From Podarcis erhardii (taxonomy: Eukaryota), in NCBI GenBank assembly GCA_964252035.1, contig OZ176200.1: a DNA stretch of 64,000 nt. One strand, written 5' to 3'. The stretch's first letter is position 1; every line of letters starts with the position of its first letter. Shown piece by piece: positions 22,254 through 34,691 of this stretch. The position numbers were made by a program, and so were the translations under genes. The notes under the pieces were generated by a model that was not told the DNA's origin, made no database searches, and worked only from the letters and a program-made list of their open reading frames with translations.

Positions 22254-23312
22254 TTAAAGTTGCCATGTTCTTCTGAGGACCTGCTGATCTTACCCTGGTC
22301 TCTTTAGCGCGGCAGCGCAATAAATGTGATATTGCTTTGACATGGAGAACAACTGAGATGTAGATCTTTGGAATCGCCTAAGAGAAACATGTTCATAGTT
22401 TGTAACCTACTACCAACTTTTATCATACTGTGCCGCTTCTTAAACTTTTATGTTTTAAAGGGAAACAATTGGTTTCTAACATGAACCAAGAGTACGGGCC
22501 ATAGCTTGTTACAAAGACCTTGTTTTTGCCAATACATGTGCTTTTTCCTCTTATAGCAGCACCAAGGTGTCAGCTGGGTCCAATTTATTGTTTACCCATA
22601 ATAAGAGAAGATAAAACCAGTTCCAGAGATCTGTTTATGAGTCAGGCTATCTATGGTTATATAATTAAACAAACCTCTCTGCCAATTTGTTGTTTGGGGG
22701 TGTAGGAGGGGAAAAAGGGAAAGACAATTAGATCATTTCTCAAGGCTGCAATGTTGCACAATAAACGCTTTGTGCCACTGTGCCATAAGCCCCAAATTTT
22801 GGCACTTAATGGCTTCTGTGGACAAGCATTTCCCCCACCCTAGAGTGGTTCATAAATCACCTCCTGAAATTCTATACTCTATTTGTAGACAGTTAATTTG
22901 TGGGCACCATTTCACCAAATTTTGTCAGCGTTAGAGAAGTTAGCATCAGTGGCAATAGCGCAACATTTTTCTTTCTTTTCCTAAGGGAGGTGGGCTCCAA
23001 TGCAAATCACATCCCGGCAACAGTGTTCACAGTTTGACTACCATTTTGCATACTCCACAACCTGGATCCAGCCTCATTCTAGGGCATTTTGATAGTGGTG
23101 AGGAAACGTCAATAGTGGAGAATATTTGGAGACCCTTCTGCAAAGTGGCCTTCTTGTGGAAGTGCGAGGCGGGGGAGGCGAGTAAAACAAACAAACAAAA
23201 AATCTCCCAAATTTTCTGGCGGAAATGTCCTCTGAGCAATTTTGCCTTAGTTCCTTTAAAAATAAATAACTAAATAATACAATCTCAGATTAGGAATGTG
23301 GCAGGAGCAGCA

Positions 23313-23313
<1 letters not shown>

Positions 23314-23356
<43 letters not shown>

Positions 23357-24213
23357 TTATACCCCACCCATCTGGTTGGGTTTCCCCAGCCACTCTGGGC
23401 GGCTTCCAACAAAATATTAAAAATACATTAAAACATCAGTCATTAAAAACTTCCCTAAACAGGGCTGCCTTCAGATGTCTTCTAAAAGTCAGGTAGTTGT
23501 TTATTTCCTTGACATCTGATGGGAGGGCGTTCCACAGGACGGGCGCCGCTACTGAGAAGGCCCTCTGCCTGGTTCCCTGTAGCCTCACTTCTTGCAGTGA
23601 GGGAATTACCCGAAGGCCCTCGGCGCTGGACCAGGCTGTCCAGGCTGAACGATGGGGATGGAGACGGTCTTTCAGGTATACTGGGCCGAGGCTGTTTAGG
23701 GCTTTAAAGATCAGTACCAACACTTTGAATGGTGCTTGGAAATGTACTGGGAGCCAATGTAGGTCTTTCAAGACTGGTGTTATGTGGTCTCAGCTCCCGC
23801 TCCCAGTCACCAGTCCAGTTGCCGCATTCTGGATTAACTGCAGTTTCCGAGTCACCTTCCAAAGTAGCCGCACATAGAGCACATTGCAATAGACCAAGCA
23901 GAAGATAACCAGAGCATGCACTACTCTTGCGAGACAGTCTGCGGGCAGGTAGAGTTTCAGCTTGCGTTCCAGATGGAGCTGGTAGACAGCTGCCCTAGAC
24001 ACAGAATTGACCTGTGCCTCCATGGACAGCTGTGAGTGCAAAATGACTCCCAGGCTGCGCACCTGGTCCTTCAGGGGCACAGTTACCCCATTCAGGACCA
24101 GGGAGTCCCCCCACACCTGCCTGCCCCCTGTCCCCTCAAAACAGTACTTCTGTCTTGTCAAGATTCAACCTCAGTCTGTTAGCTGCCATCCAACCTCCAA
24201 CGCCTCCAGGCAG
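23314..24213 (-). mobile_element. 5'-truncated L2-clade LINE (ORF2 C-terminus + 3'UTR + (ATT)n tail)
   Basis: Minus ORFs 23436-23771 and 23790-24161 give LHWLPV..FKVLVLIFKALNSLGPVYL...RAFSVAAPVLWNALP...FRRHLKAALF, an L2 ORF2 signature; frame breaks present. Confidence 0.92.
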
Positions 24214-24664
24214 AAAAAGCAGGCAGAAAAGAAAAAGGAAATAAAGTTCCAGTAAAGGAGTGCCAATGTAGGGTAAAGGAATATACCTAGATTATGCCAT
24301 GGAGAAAGTTTTCATGCAAACTCTCCATTTGGCAGATAGTTGGGGTAGTATCTGATGTTACTAATAACTCGCTGCTACAAATCGTGCTATGATGATCCAG
24401 TTCTTCTGAATTGTATATATCATGCCATACATTCAATTTCAGATGTGAGACCACCTTGGAAAATGCACTGATTCTAATATGAAGACCACATAAAAACTGT
24501 GGGCTTAGGCTACCTTTTCGTAGATGAGAATAATCCAGACAGTGAGAGACCAACATACATCGTCATACATCATTACCATTTCAGTAGCCTAGTAGGCCCA
24601 CAACTGGGTTCACATTAACCAAACAACTTCAAGTGGACTAGCCAGGTTAGTCTATTGCTGCGGC

Positions 24665-24757
24665 AGAAACAACCAAGAAGCTTGTGGCGCCTTGGAGACT
24701 AACAAACCAATAATGCATAAGTTTTTGTGTCCTAGTGGACACTTCACCAAATTCAGG
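24665..24757 (-). mobile_element. Penelope-like terminal fragment
   Basis: cttgtggcgccttggagactaac...gcataagtttttgtg...acttcacca resembles the reverse complement of the Penelope terminus. Confidence 0.6.
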
Positions 24758-25109
24758 TAGGTTCAGCCTTAGTTAGCATGTGTTCGTATTTCCACACACA
24801 CAGGTGTAGAGAGAAGAAAAGCATATAAATAATGGTGTCTAATGGAAATGAAATGCAAAACTGCAGCCTGAGACAATTCACCACAGCTATTAATTAACAC
24901 TTGCCATGTTCACTGCATGTACAATCCTTGTGCGTAACTCCACGACAACTTGGGGTTCAGAGTTAATGAAGCTCTCCATTACCATATTCATTGGAATAAT
25001 AGCAAACTGGTTAATGCAATAAGCTTTCCATTTGGAGCAACTTTGAAAGTGTTCTCCAGCAAAGGTCTGTTTTGGAATACAAGGGAGGCTGAAAGCCCTT
25101 TACTTCATG

Positions 25110-25305
25110 AATCAGCAGTTGGTTAAGCAGATAGGAAGCCAGGGATAGAGATGAAGGGCCGGTTTTCACAATAGACAGAGGTAAACAGCAGGATGCACAA
25201 AGTCTCTGTGTTGGGACCTGTGCTATTTAACATCTACTCATTACTGACCTGGGAAGGATGTGAAAAGCAGAGTCACCAAATATGCAGGTGATACAAAATT
25301 AATCC
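25110..25305 (+). mobile_element. Degenerate CR1 reverse-transcriptase fragment
   Basis: Frameshifted reading gives SVLGPVLFNI..DLGKDVKSRVTKYAGDTKL, matching the CR1 RT core GSVLGP.LFNIF.NDL...KFADDTKL. Confidence 0.8.
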
Positions 25306-27439
25306 AAACGCATCCTGCCAAAGCAGACTGAAATCTTGGAGATTACATGCAAAGGTCAATTAATCACATGCGGCATTTCAAATCCTCTGGATGTAGGAGC
25401 TACTGAAACACACTTGGTCTCCCAAATGGTGTGAGTCCTGCATACTAAAGACTGTGGGCATCGTGAAAAGGCCCTCATTCTCTAACATCAACATATAATG
25501 CCTCTGTCTTTTAGCTTGCTACCATACTCCATTCTTAAATGTCCTTTCCTTGACACTGCCAAGAAAAGAAATTGCATAACTTACCATTGCAGATGGATTG
25601 TTCCACTGTGCAATTAGGAAAAGTGTTTCAAACTCAGAGTGTTGTGAAGATCAGACAAAGTATATATTTCTATTGATTTAAGAATGTTGGAAAATTGTGT
25701 CCCTTGCATCATCAATAAGGGAAAAAATAGACCAAATTTATACATCTCCCATTTAGTACAGGTTGGGGAACACACTGAGATAATTTAATATGACCATTTC
25801 TATTATAAATATTTCCAAATCATCTCAGAAAAAAACAGACAGCTCTGCTCCATGTATTTGGCATAAACTACTGCCGGAGAACAAATATGTTGTTAACACC
25901 ACTTGCCAGCTCCCTTCAGTTTTGAAAGATTTAAAATCCCAGTGACTTATGAATTAAGAAAGCAGAAATGATGAGTGAAGTCCATATCACTTGGCTAATT
26001 CATTTCTTACACATATCTTGGACACTTTTGATGCTAAAGCAAAAAATTTAAATTTAAAGAATCCTTGGGACAAAAAAAGGAGAAAAGAAGGGTGGAGTAG
26101 AGCCTTACTTCATTTGACTCTTGGGCTTTATAATCTTTATGACTGCACATGTAACTCCAGATCCTATTCTTAGAACCAGCAGATCTAATCTTTAAATAAA
26201 TCTAAGCCATTGACCTCAACAATAACTTGTGGCAGGCAAGGACTCTGTTGGCCAAGTAGTCCCGTTAACTGTAAAAGAAAAGAGGGGGGGGGGAGAAGAC
26301 CCATCTAAAAGCAGCCGTAACACTTAAAACAAAAATAAAAGGAATGTTTTTGGGTGGGGATAGTGAATCAACAGTCAGATGTCCCACCCTCATGAATAAT
26401 GCCCTTTCACTTTCCTTGAATTGTACATTGTGATAAGACCAGCCTGCTGGTTTTGGTCTTTCGGTGCCACGAACAAGCCAAGTTGCAAAGTTGAGCTTCC
26501 TGCCCTTTCAGTATATTTAATTAATATAAGCCATGCATTGTCACAAGTCAGCTGGTTAGCACCAAAAGGTTTATTAAATTAACAGATGCTTGTTGTTTAG
26601 AGATTAACTTTGCACATTGTTGGTTTTGTCCAGTTCAGTTAAAAGGATATGTGCAAGCAGAACCCGTGCTTTCTTAAATGGCAAGGGCCAATTGTCATAC
26701 TGCAGTTTGGGGTCCTCAAGTTGCTATTGCCAAGACTTACATCACAACTGCTGGCTCTGACACTGATTGACCAAGGCAAAGGGTGAAGCATCAAGGCTGT
26801 TAAGGGCCCTCTTGGTCAACACATTCCAGTTATGGGTAGATCCAAACTTGTATGTGGAGCCAGAGACAAAGGAAAGAACATGGCTTTTTCTGACCATATT
26901 TTGAGGCATGTCTCCTCTGGCAGGCTGATGTTCTCCCTGCTTCTGAAATCTACTTTGATATCAAGAACATTAGCGTCCTCTTGATAGGGTTGCATTGTAA
27001 ATGGTTTTACAGAGGATAGACCTCTCTTCAAAGGGCTATCAAGAGGAAAGCCCTCTATCTGAAAGTGTTTGAAGGGCTTACTAATGGAAGTCTTCCTTAA
27101 AGACAAAGAAAGGAGAGCAGGGGGTGGCACCTGAAGTTGCCCACCAACAGTTTATTTTTTATATTGAATTTATATCCTGCCCTTCATCCTGAAGGAGCCC
27201 AGGGCGACACTGGTGGAGAGGGGAGGGTAGCAGTAGTATGCATTGGGCTAGCCTTGAAGCCAAAGAAGATTTTAATGAGGGGCAGGTTCATATGTGCAAG
27301 GTCCTTATTTATTATTACTTAATTGCGTTTATGAATAACCAGTGCAGAAAAATTCTGTAGGTGACATGCAACGTAGTAGCATCATATCAAAACACACAGA
27401 AGCAACTATTAACAAAGGAAACTGCACGGCAAGCAAAAC

Positions 27440-27441
<2 letters not shown>

Positions 27442-27476
<35 letters not shown>
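27442..27476. repeat. (CA)n microsatellite
   Basis: Direct reading. Confidence 0.95.
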
Positions 27477-27478
<2 letters not shown>

Positions 27479-28010
27479 CTGTCAAACCAAACAACTCCCA
27501 ATAACAATATTAAGCACTAGCTAATTAAATATGTTTAAAATTGCTTAAAATACTGGAACTACAGGGAGGCCTAGGATAAAATATTAAGTCTTTGCCTGAC
27601 CCCGAAGTGCAGCATAGAAATCTTTCAAATAAATAAAGGAAAAAGCAGTCCTTCGTATATTTCCCCTAGTTAATTCCTTGATCGATGTGCACTGTGAGTT
27701 CTTTTGATTATGGCCCTTGTCCGCAGCAGCTCTGAAAAGCAGCTTGACAAAGTCCTAGTGAGATTGTATGTTTAAGAAATGGACTGGATAGCAGAATATG
27801 GTCTCTTCTTTAGGAGCTTTTATAGAGAGTAGGAAACCTCAAATTAGCTTTTGCATTAGGCATAGCTCTTGATACATTTGTCACAGCTCATTTGAAAGGA
27901 TTTATTTCCCGTGGCCTTGTTGGAAGCAACACCTTTTTAGTGAAAGTGGATCCATTATGTTTTGTACAAAGGAGGTATATGACTGTTTCATTCTTCAGCG
28001 CCTTCTCACA

Positions 28011-28187
28011 GAGAAGGGCCATAGCTCAGTGGCAGAGCATGTGCTCTGAATGCAAAAGGTCCCAGATCCACTCCTTGGCCTCTCCTGCGTGAAACCCCAG
28101 ACAGCTGCTGTCAGTCAGTGTAGATAGACAATACTGAGCCAGAGGGACCAACAGTCTTACTTGATGTAAGGTGGCTTCTTAGGTTCT
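28011..28187 (+). mobile_element. Squam3-like (MIR/Ther1-derived) SINE
   Basis: tRNA-like head catagctcagtggcagagca; body gtcagtcagtgtaga..acaatactgagc; tail gtaaggtggcttcttaggttc. Confidence 0.75.
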
Positions 28188-29124
28188 GTTGTGAATTCAG
28201 CGTGAATTCAGCATATTTATCATGCCACAAATCTTAAGGGGATTTAGCACAGACCAAATAAAGGTTATTTGAGCTGCAAGTCGGTGAAGTAATACACAGT
28301 TGCTTCAGCATGTGCCAAACACTGCGTATATCTGCTCAAACTACAGTAAGCTAATGGAGTTGTGTAATTTGGCCCTCAGTGACACTAAGAGCTTATGGAG
28401 CAAAAGGAACTGAAAAATCAAGAATTTTTCAGGTCTTTATTTTTTCCTTCCTATGTGCAGTAAGGAGCTTACTTTTATTATCATATAGGAGAAAGCAGAT
28501 GCTTCCTGTTTGTATCATTAAATTATTCTGTTTCCTGAAAGGAAGCTTTGATGAAAAGAAGCTGCAGATAGCTGAAATATCTAACACCACCCTTGTTTTG
28601 CACTGGTCAACATGAAATATCTTCATTCATTTTAACCCTACATACTTTTTTTTGGGGGGGTAAAATTAGCTCTGTGGTCAGAACCCACTCACTAGTCCAG
28701 TTCTTTTAAAAATCTAATGTATGTATGATGGAGGTGTCGTCCCCCCCTATTATGCACAGGTCACCCAAATGCCTCAAGTTGCTTTTCAACATGTAGAGAG
28801 GTTAATATGGTCTTGCTGCTACTGGCATCAGCAAATCTGGAATCTTGTTGATTTGGATGGAAGCATTTTTTAAAACCGATGTGTTTTGGTTTTATGTCCA
28901 AATAAGGAGCTGCATGCAACTCATGTGTAGATCACATGCAACAATTGCACATGTGTTTCACTGTATGTGCAGGCACTTGGGAGCTCTGGGAAATTTTACC
29001 TTTCCAAAACTTGTATATATTACATGTTTACAGTGAAATACATGTGTCCCATAATCCTACAGTTTGCATGTAATTTGCTAAACTGAAGATCTTCCTATGT
29101 AGGGATATTGTCCTGATTAAAGTA

Positions 29125-29141
29125 CAGTGGAACCTTGGTTT

Positions 29142-29193
<52 letters not shown>

Positions 29194-29520
29194 TCGTTTT
29201 ATAAGCAAGAATAAGGATACACAAATAAGTACACCAAGTATTCTCATGTAATTTGTATATCACAAAAATAGCATAATAAGTGTGGAACCTCGGTTTTCGA
29301 AAATAATCAGTTATGGAAGTCCATTTGACTTCCAAAACGTTCAAAAACCAAGGATCAAAGCACTGTCAGCAAGTTCAAAGAGGAAAATTGAGAAATGCGC
29401 CTCAGAAGCCTTTCAAATTCCGAGGCGCATTTGAAAACAGAAGCATTCACTTCCGGGTTTTGGGCGTTTGCCTTCTGAAACGTTTGTCAGCCAAGATGTT
29501 TGAATATCAAGGTTTGACTG
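29125..29520. mobile_element. Tc1/mariner-type MITE interrupted in its left TIR
   Basis: TA-cagtggaaccttgg ... tcaaggtttgactg-TA; interrupted by the 29144-29281 insertion. Confidence 0.8.
29144..29281 (-). mobile_element. Short retro-insertion with (GAAA)n tail and 17-bp TSD
   Basis: GTGGAACC(T/C)GGTTTTC-type duplication at 29127-29143 and 29282-29298 (1 mismatch); (TTTC)n at 29144-29195; 86-bp AT-rich body. Confidence 0.8.
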
Positions 29521-30365
29521 TACCCAAAATTTTGGTCAAGAAGTGCTCAGCTCCATGGGTAAAGGGGGCTGTTCTTTATTCTGGATACTAAACCTGCACA
29601 CACACTCCAGACATTACCACCTTTTCTGAAACTCAAGAGTTTTTATTTTAGTTTAACAGATCCTGCCTATTTGAAAGGGTTAAAACCCTATTCCAAGGTA
29701 CCAAAAGTTAGTGCATACATTCATCACTTATTGACTATAACACCCAGCGAATGAATGAGGCATTACACCTTACTTTATGCTAGTTCAAAGAGTTTATCTG
29801 AGGGAACATCTTCTTAGATTCATTTCTGCTCATAGATCTAGGAATATAAAACTCGTGGCATTCCTACCAAGCATCAGGCTTTATCAGCGATGCCCCCTCC
29901 CAGGAAAAACTTGGTTAAAGTTTGAGGTAACTAATCTAATAGATAGGCTCGTTTAGATGAACTGTGCATCTTTCTCTCCTGGCAAACCTCTAATGTCTAA
30001 AATACTTTTTAAAATGCCAGTTCTCTCTTTTTTTAAACTAGCCACTGTTATCATTTTCCTTTTTCCTTTAATTTTAGCCCGCAGACTATAAATGTGCAAA
30101 ATAAACGAAATAGCATCCAGGAGCCTGATTGGCTGCTCTTGCAGGCCAATCAGGTTGCTGATTCACTTCCAGCTGGAGCTGGATTGGGGGTTCCTGCAGA
30201 TCAATCAGACTGCTGCATTCTGGATCCTATTGTTCTAGGATTCCGCTCAGTACATACTGTAACAAAGATGGTGCACACATTCAGTTGTGAGGGAAAATGA
30301 GAGATCACATTATGTATAAGGGAATGAATGCATAGTTCCATAGCATCTATTTGAAACAAACACTA

Positions 30366-30456
30366 TAGCTGACTGTTAATCAGAAGGTTGGTGGTTCAAA
30401 CCCACCCAGGGACAGCTGTGGGCAAAAGATTCCTGCATTGCAGGGGGCTGGACTAG
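30366..30456 (+). mobile_element. SINE fragment: tRNA-Asn-like head with CR1-type tail
   Basis: ctgttaatcagaaggttggtggttcaaacccacccagggac resembles vertebrate tRNA-Asn(GTT) ctgttaaccgaaaggttggtggttcgagcccacccagggac; then gggcaaaagattcctgcattgcagggggctggactag. Confidence 0.75.
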
Positions 30457-30467
30457 TCTTTACAAAA

Positions 30468-30550
30468 GTCCTGCATGGAGAGGCTGAGGATTAAATCTGG
30501 GGCTGTCGACATACTAGGCATGTGCTCTGCCACTGAGCTATGACTGTCCC
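30468..30550 (-). mobile_element. Squam3-like SINE head
   Basis: Reverse complement reads gggacagtcatagctcagtggcagagcacatgc, the same head as 28011. Confidence 0.65.
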
Positions 30551-31338
30551 TTCGCTGTTTTATTAATGCGCTGCACACCAGCAACATAATAATCCTCATT
30601 TTTGATCAGTGAAAAGCGGAAGCAACTTTGCTATCATTGCACTCTGCTAAGCTGTTTCAGCGCAGTGGAAGAATAAGAAACAGATTAAGACATGATGGTC
30701 ATGAAAGGTGTCTTTACAAACCCTTCTCCTCCCGCTCAGTACAGGTGATTTTTTTTTTTTTTTTAAGCCTGTCAGGACAAATTCACCAGGGTTATTTCAA
30801 ATAGTGAAACATTCCATTTTAACAGATTAAAGGTTAAACCACTCTGGATCATGTGCATGTTTGTAACGTACTGTAATGCATGCGTGGAGAAAGCAGAGAG
30901 GAATTGTTAAGGGCAGCATAATTGGAAAAGCAGAAGGTTGCATAATGTCTGGCATCTGTAAGTTAATATGGTATCTGCTGCCTCGTGCATCATGCAAACT
31001 TCCTGAGCAACATTTGACTGGGTGCAGGGGGAGGTGGCAGAAAAGAAGATTCAGCTTCTGCTATTTTTAATCCATTTCTCTTTAGCAGAACAGTGCAAAA
31101 AACACCAGCTTTAGGGACTCTGGTGGTCAACTTGGCTAGTTACTCTGAAGCTGACATAGCATTTCAAATTTCATTTTAAAAACAAGGCATGCCCAGGAGT
31201 GCTAGTGGCACAATTTGCTCTATTGCCTCTGCAAAGTTGTATTGGACTTGTTTTCAATATGTTTTCGTTGTTTTATCACTTGACGGTTGTTGTTCTTTTG
31301 CTATCCCTGGGCTTCCCTGGGAGGAAGAGGCAAAATGT

Positions 31339-31389
31339 TAAACAAACAAACAAACAAACAAACAAACAAACAAACAAACAAACAAACAA
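31339..31389. repeat. (AAAC)n microsatellite
   Basis: Direct reading. Confidence 0.95.
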
Positions 31390-32671
31390 AATGTCTGTTC
31401 TGTTCTGCAGTGGCAGACCACACACACAGACGCACAAAACCCCTAGTTGTTAATTTGAGACCAATTCTGTATTCCAGGGGTGGGGAATCTTTTTGGCTCC
31501 ATGGGCCAGATCCTTATTAGGATCTGTTTTGTGGGCCAAATTTTACTTTATAAAAATCTCAGGAAATGAAAAGCTGATCTTGTTTATTGGCTATTGCTGT
31601 TTTAAGAAAACCCACCCATTCATTTTAGATTGCTAGATCAATATTAAGAAACAATATTAATAAAAAAATCTTGAAGTTCTGCATATGGGAAAGGTCATGG
31701 AGCATTCTCTCACCCAAGCAAGCAGGTGAGACGTTTCAAAGTCCATATAGCAAAAATAGCTCACGGCAGAACTGCAAGTTTAAGACAGAATTCTAATGTA
31801 ACTGAGACTAGGTAATAGGGTGACTCTTGGCTGTGCAGCTTTCCAAGTCAAAATATGCCGCTGGCATTGCAGTATTATTCGGGAAGACTCATGTAGGCTA
31901 TACAGATGCTACACCACTCCTTCTCTCCCTGAAATAGCCACTTAGTCACTTGTTCCTCATTAGCTGCCTTTTTGCCTTTTAAAGTGGGCTAATTTCATAC
32001 TAGCTATTGTTAAAGGCTGGAGAACCAACTCTCCACGAAGACGTCAGTGCAGTGGGTTGTACATTTGGCTGTGAAGGTGCAGTAACCAAGAAGAATCAAT
32101 ATTTAGGTTGGGAAGCATTCAAGTTGCTTGGTTGGTTGGTAATGCTAGGTTTCCATTATTTTGTTGAAGTATAATTAATGCTCTTACTTGCCACACCACT
32201 TAATCCAGGCCCATTTTATTTGGAGCCCAGATCAGAGCTGCTAATGAAAGACAGCTGTAGAATCACTCCAAGTCTGGAGTGTGGAGGTTCCCCAGATTCA
32301 TTCAGCTTTCATTATTAAGTCACCATTCATCAAAAGCAAGGCCAGCATTACCAAAACCCTTCCGTAGAGCTCCATCTGATGTTGCTTGAATAATGTATGC
32401 CTTTAGAATGCCTGTCTAAGAATCACCCGCTCACTTATGCAAACCTGGCTATGTCCTCCCATGCCCTGGAAACAGCCAGATTAGACTGCCATAATGTGTT
32501 TGTTGTATATGGGGCTGTCACTGAAGAATACTCAAAAGCCTCAGCTTGCCTAAAATACAAGCTGTACCAGTTTGATGTTTCCTGGAAACCTGTGGTCTAG
32601 GGACACTTGGAGGGTCTGTTCTATCATGCTGTGGCTTTCTAACTATCATATGGTATGATGTATCCTTAATA

Positions 32672-32911
32672 CAGTTGTACCTTGGTTTTTGAATAGCTGA
32701 GTTCCCAAATGTTTTGGCTCCTGAATGCTGCAAAACCGGAAGTGACTGTTCCAGTTTGCGAACTATTTTTGGAAGCCGAACATCCTATGTGGCTTCCAAT
32801 TGGCTGCAGAAGCTGCCTGCAGCCAATCAGAAGCCGCAATTTGGTTTTTGAATGTTTTGGAAGTCGAATGGACCTCCGAAACGGATTCATTTGACTTCCA
32901 AGGTATGACTG
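32672..32911. mobile_element. Tc1/mariner-type MITE (family B)
   Basis: TA-cagttgtaccttgg ... ccaaggtatgactg-TA; body similar to 13987 and (inverted) 5701. Confidence 0.9.
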
Positions 32912-33837
32912 TATGCTCTTTATTACAATTGTTAGCGTTCTTGGTAGTGGGGGAGGTCTTCTTATGGCTTGAAAATAAGCTTAACAGATAAAGAATCAAT
33001 AAGTGTGCCTGCATTGGAGTTTGTAAATGGATGGGGGGGGGGGAATGAAGGGATTGAAAGGAAGCAAGGTTTTTAACCCTGACTTTGAGTACTGAGTGGC
33101 AAGACAAAGAAACAGCTCTGACTGCAATCAGTAAAAGATTATAAGAATGAAGTTGGCACCAGACTTCTGAGCTCATATCCCCTCCTTGTCTTCCCCATGA
33201 GGGTGTGGTCAGCTCCCCCACCCCCACTACTTTAAATTCTGGAAGAAAAGGAGGCGTGAAAGAAGGAAACTATTAACATGGGGCAGAGAGGAAATGACTT
33301 TACCCGCAAGCTGACATCAGGATCCGATATAGGCATAGGGTCGAGGGAAGGCCATTCCCTGAGATATTCCCAGAGATAATAATGAGTGGAAAGGACACGC
33401 CTGAACGGGACAGGGGATGATGAGGAATAGCAAGTGGGTGAAGGCTGCAGATTCCAAAAGGTTCAAAATGGTAGGCGGGTCAGATAGCATGAGCAGCAAT
33501 ATACTAAGGCCACTAGCCATGCTGTGTCTGTGGGCAGGGTCAGCAAGAAGATGGTGGTCAGATATAAATCCTGAGCAGGTGGGATAGGATGGCACCAATA
33601 TTAGTACACACAGCGCCCAGATTCCCCATCTTTGACTGGGTGGGACCAAACAGAGAATGTGAGGCAGCACTGTCAGTAATGCTTGAAGAGTAGACAACCA
33701 TTGGGGGAAGTACAGCGGCTAGAGGAGGGTTTGTGTACATGGTGAGACTATAAAGGTGCCAACTATATCAGCCTCCATACAAATATGGTATTTAAAAGAG
33801 TACAACTTAGACAACAACTATCATATGGTATGATGTA

Positions 33838-34079
33838 CAGTGGTACCTCAAGTTAAGTACTTAATTCGTTCCGGAGGCCCGTACTTAACCTGAAACTGTT
33901 CTTAACCTGAAGCACCACTTTAGCTAATGGGGCCTCCTGTTGCTGCCGCGCCGCTGGAGCATGATTTCTGTTCTCAACCTGAAGCAAAGTTCTTAACCTG
34001 AAGCACTATTTCTGGGTAAGCGGAGTGTGTAACCTGAAGCGTATGTAACCTGAAGCGTATGTAACCTGAGGTACCACTG
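33838..34079 (-). mobile_element. Tc1/mariner-type MITE (family A, 242 bp)
   Basis: Perfect TIR cagtggtacctc / gaggtaccactg; TA TSD; internal taacctgaa repeats; inverted relative to the 36038 and 51615 copies. Confidence 0.93.
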
Positions 34080-34454
34080 TATTCTAATGTAACTGAGACT
34101 AGGCAATAGGGTGACTCCTATTACCTAGGAGTAGGTAATAGATATGATGTAATGCAGATGCCCATGGGCATGTTTCATGTTATACTGGTACTAGGGAAGT
34201 AGGAACAAAGATTAGATGGGAGAGCTGGGAAATCAAAATCTCTATTGAACACGGCTTTCCACTACAAGTGCAAATTTCACACAGCAGATTCTATTATAAC
34301 CCATATTCCTGTGCTTAAAGCAATACCTTAGGTCAGGGAAGAACAGAGCTCACAGTCCTACCACACACACACCTGGTTACTCCCTTCCCTGCAGCTTTCT
34401 TTCATAATAATAATATATTAATTTATTATTTATACCCCGCCCATCCTTTTTCTT

Positions 34455-34620
34455 TATGTGCCCATTAGGTCACTGCAGTCTGCAGGAAAGCTTTTCCTTC
34501 AGGTTCCAAAGATCTCAAAAGCCCACTCCACAGGGCTTTTGATGTGGCTGCCCCTGTTCTGTGGAATAGCATCCCTGTTGAGATATGACAGGTGCCCACT
34601 ATCTCCATCTTCTGGAAACG
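34455..34620 (+). mobile_element. Degenerate L2 ORF2 C-terminal fragment
   Basis: PIRSLQSAGKLFLQVP then gggcttttgatgtggctgcccctgttctgtggaatagc (RAF.VAAP.LWNS-like); an opposite-strand L2 tail lies at 34403-34447. Confidence 0.65.
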
Positions 34621-34691
34621 AAGACATTCCCCCGTCCTCACCAACTCTCTGCCATGTGTCTGCTTTGTATTGTTTAAAAATTTATCTGTTA

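Noticed and set aside
30113-30232. CCTGATTGGC / GCCAATCAGG inverted CCAAT pair as a promoter
   Set aside because: The same palindromic core occurs inside the family-B MITEs, so a decayed repeat is the simpler explanation
33880-34070. Regularly recurring TAACCTGAA units resembling a CRISPR or iteron array
   Set aside because: Internal subrepeats of the mariner MITE, present in the other copies; vertebrate DNA with no unique spacers
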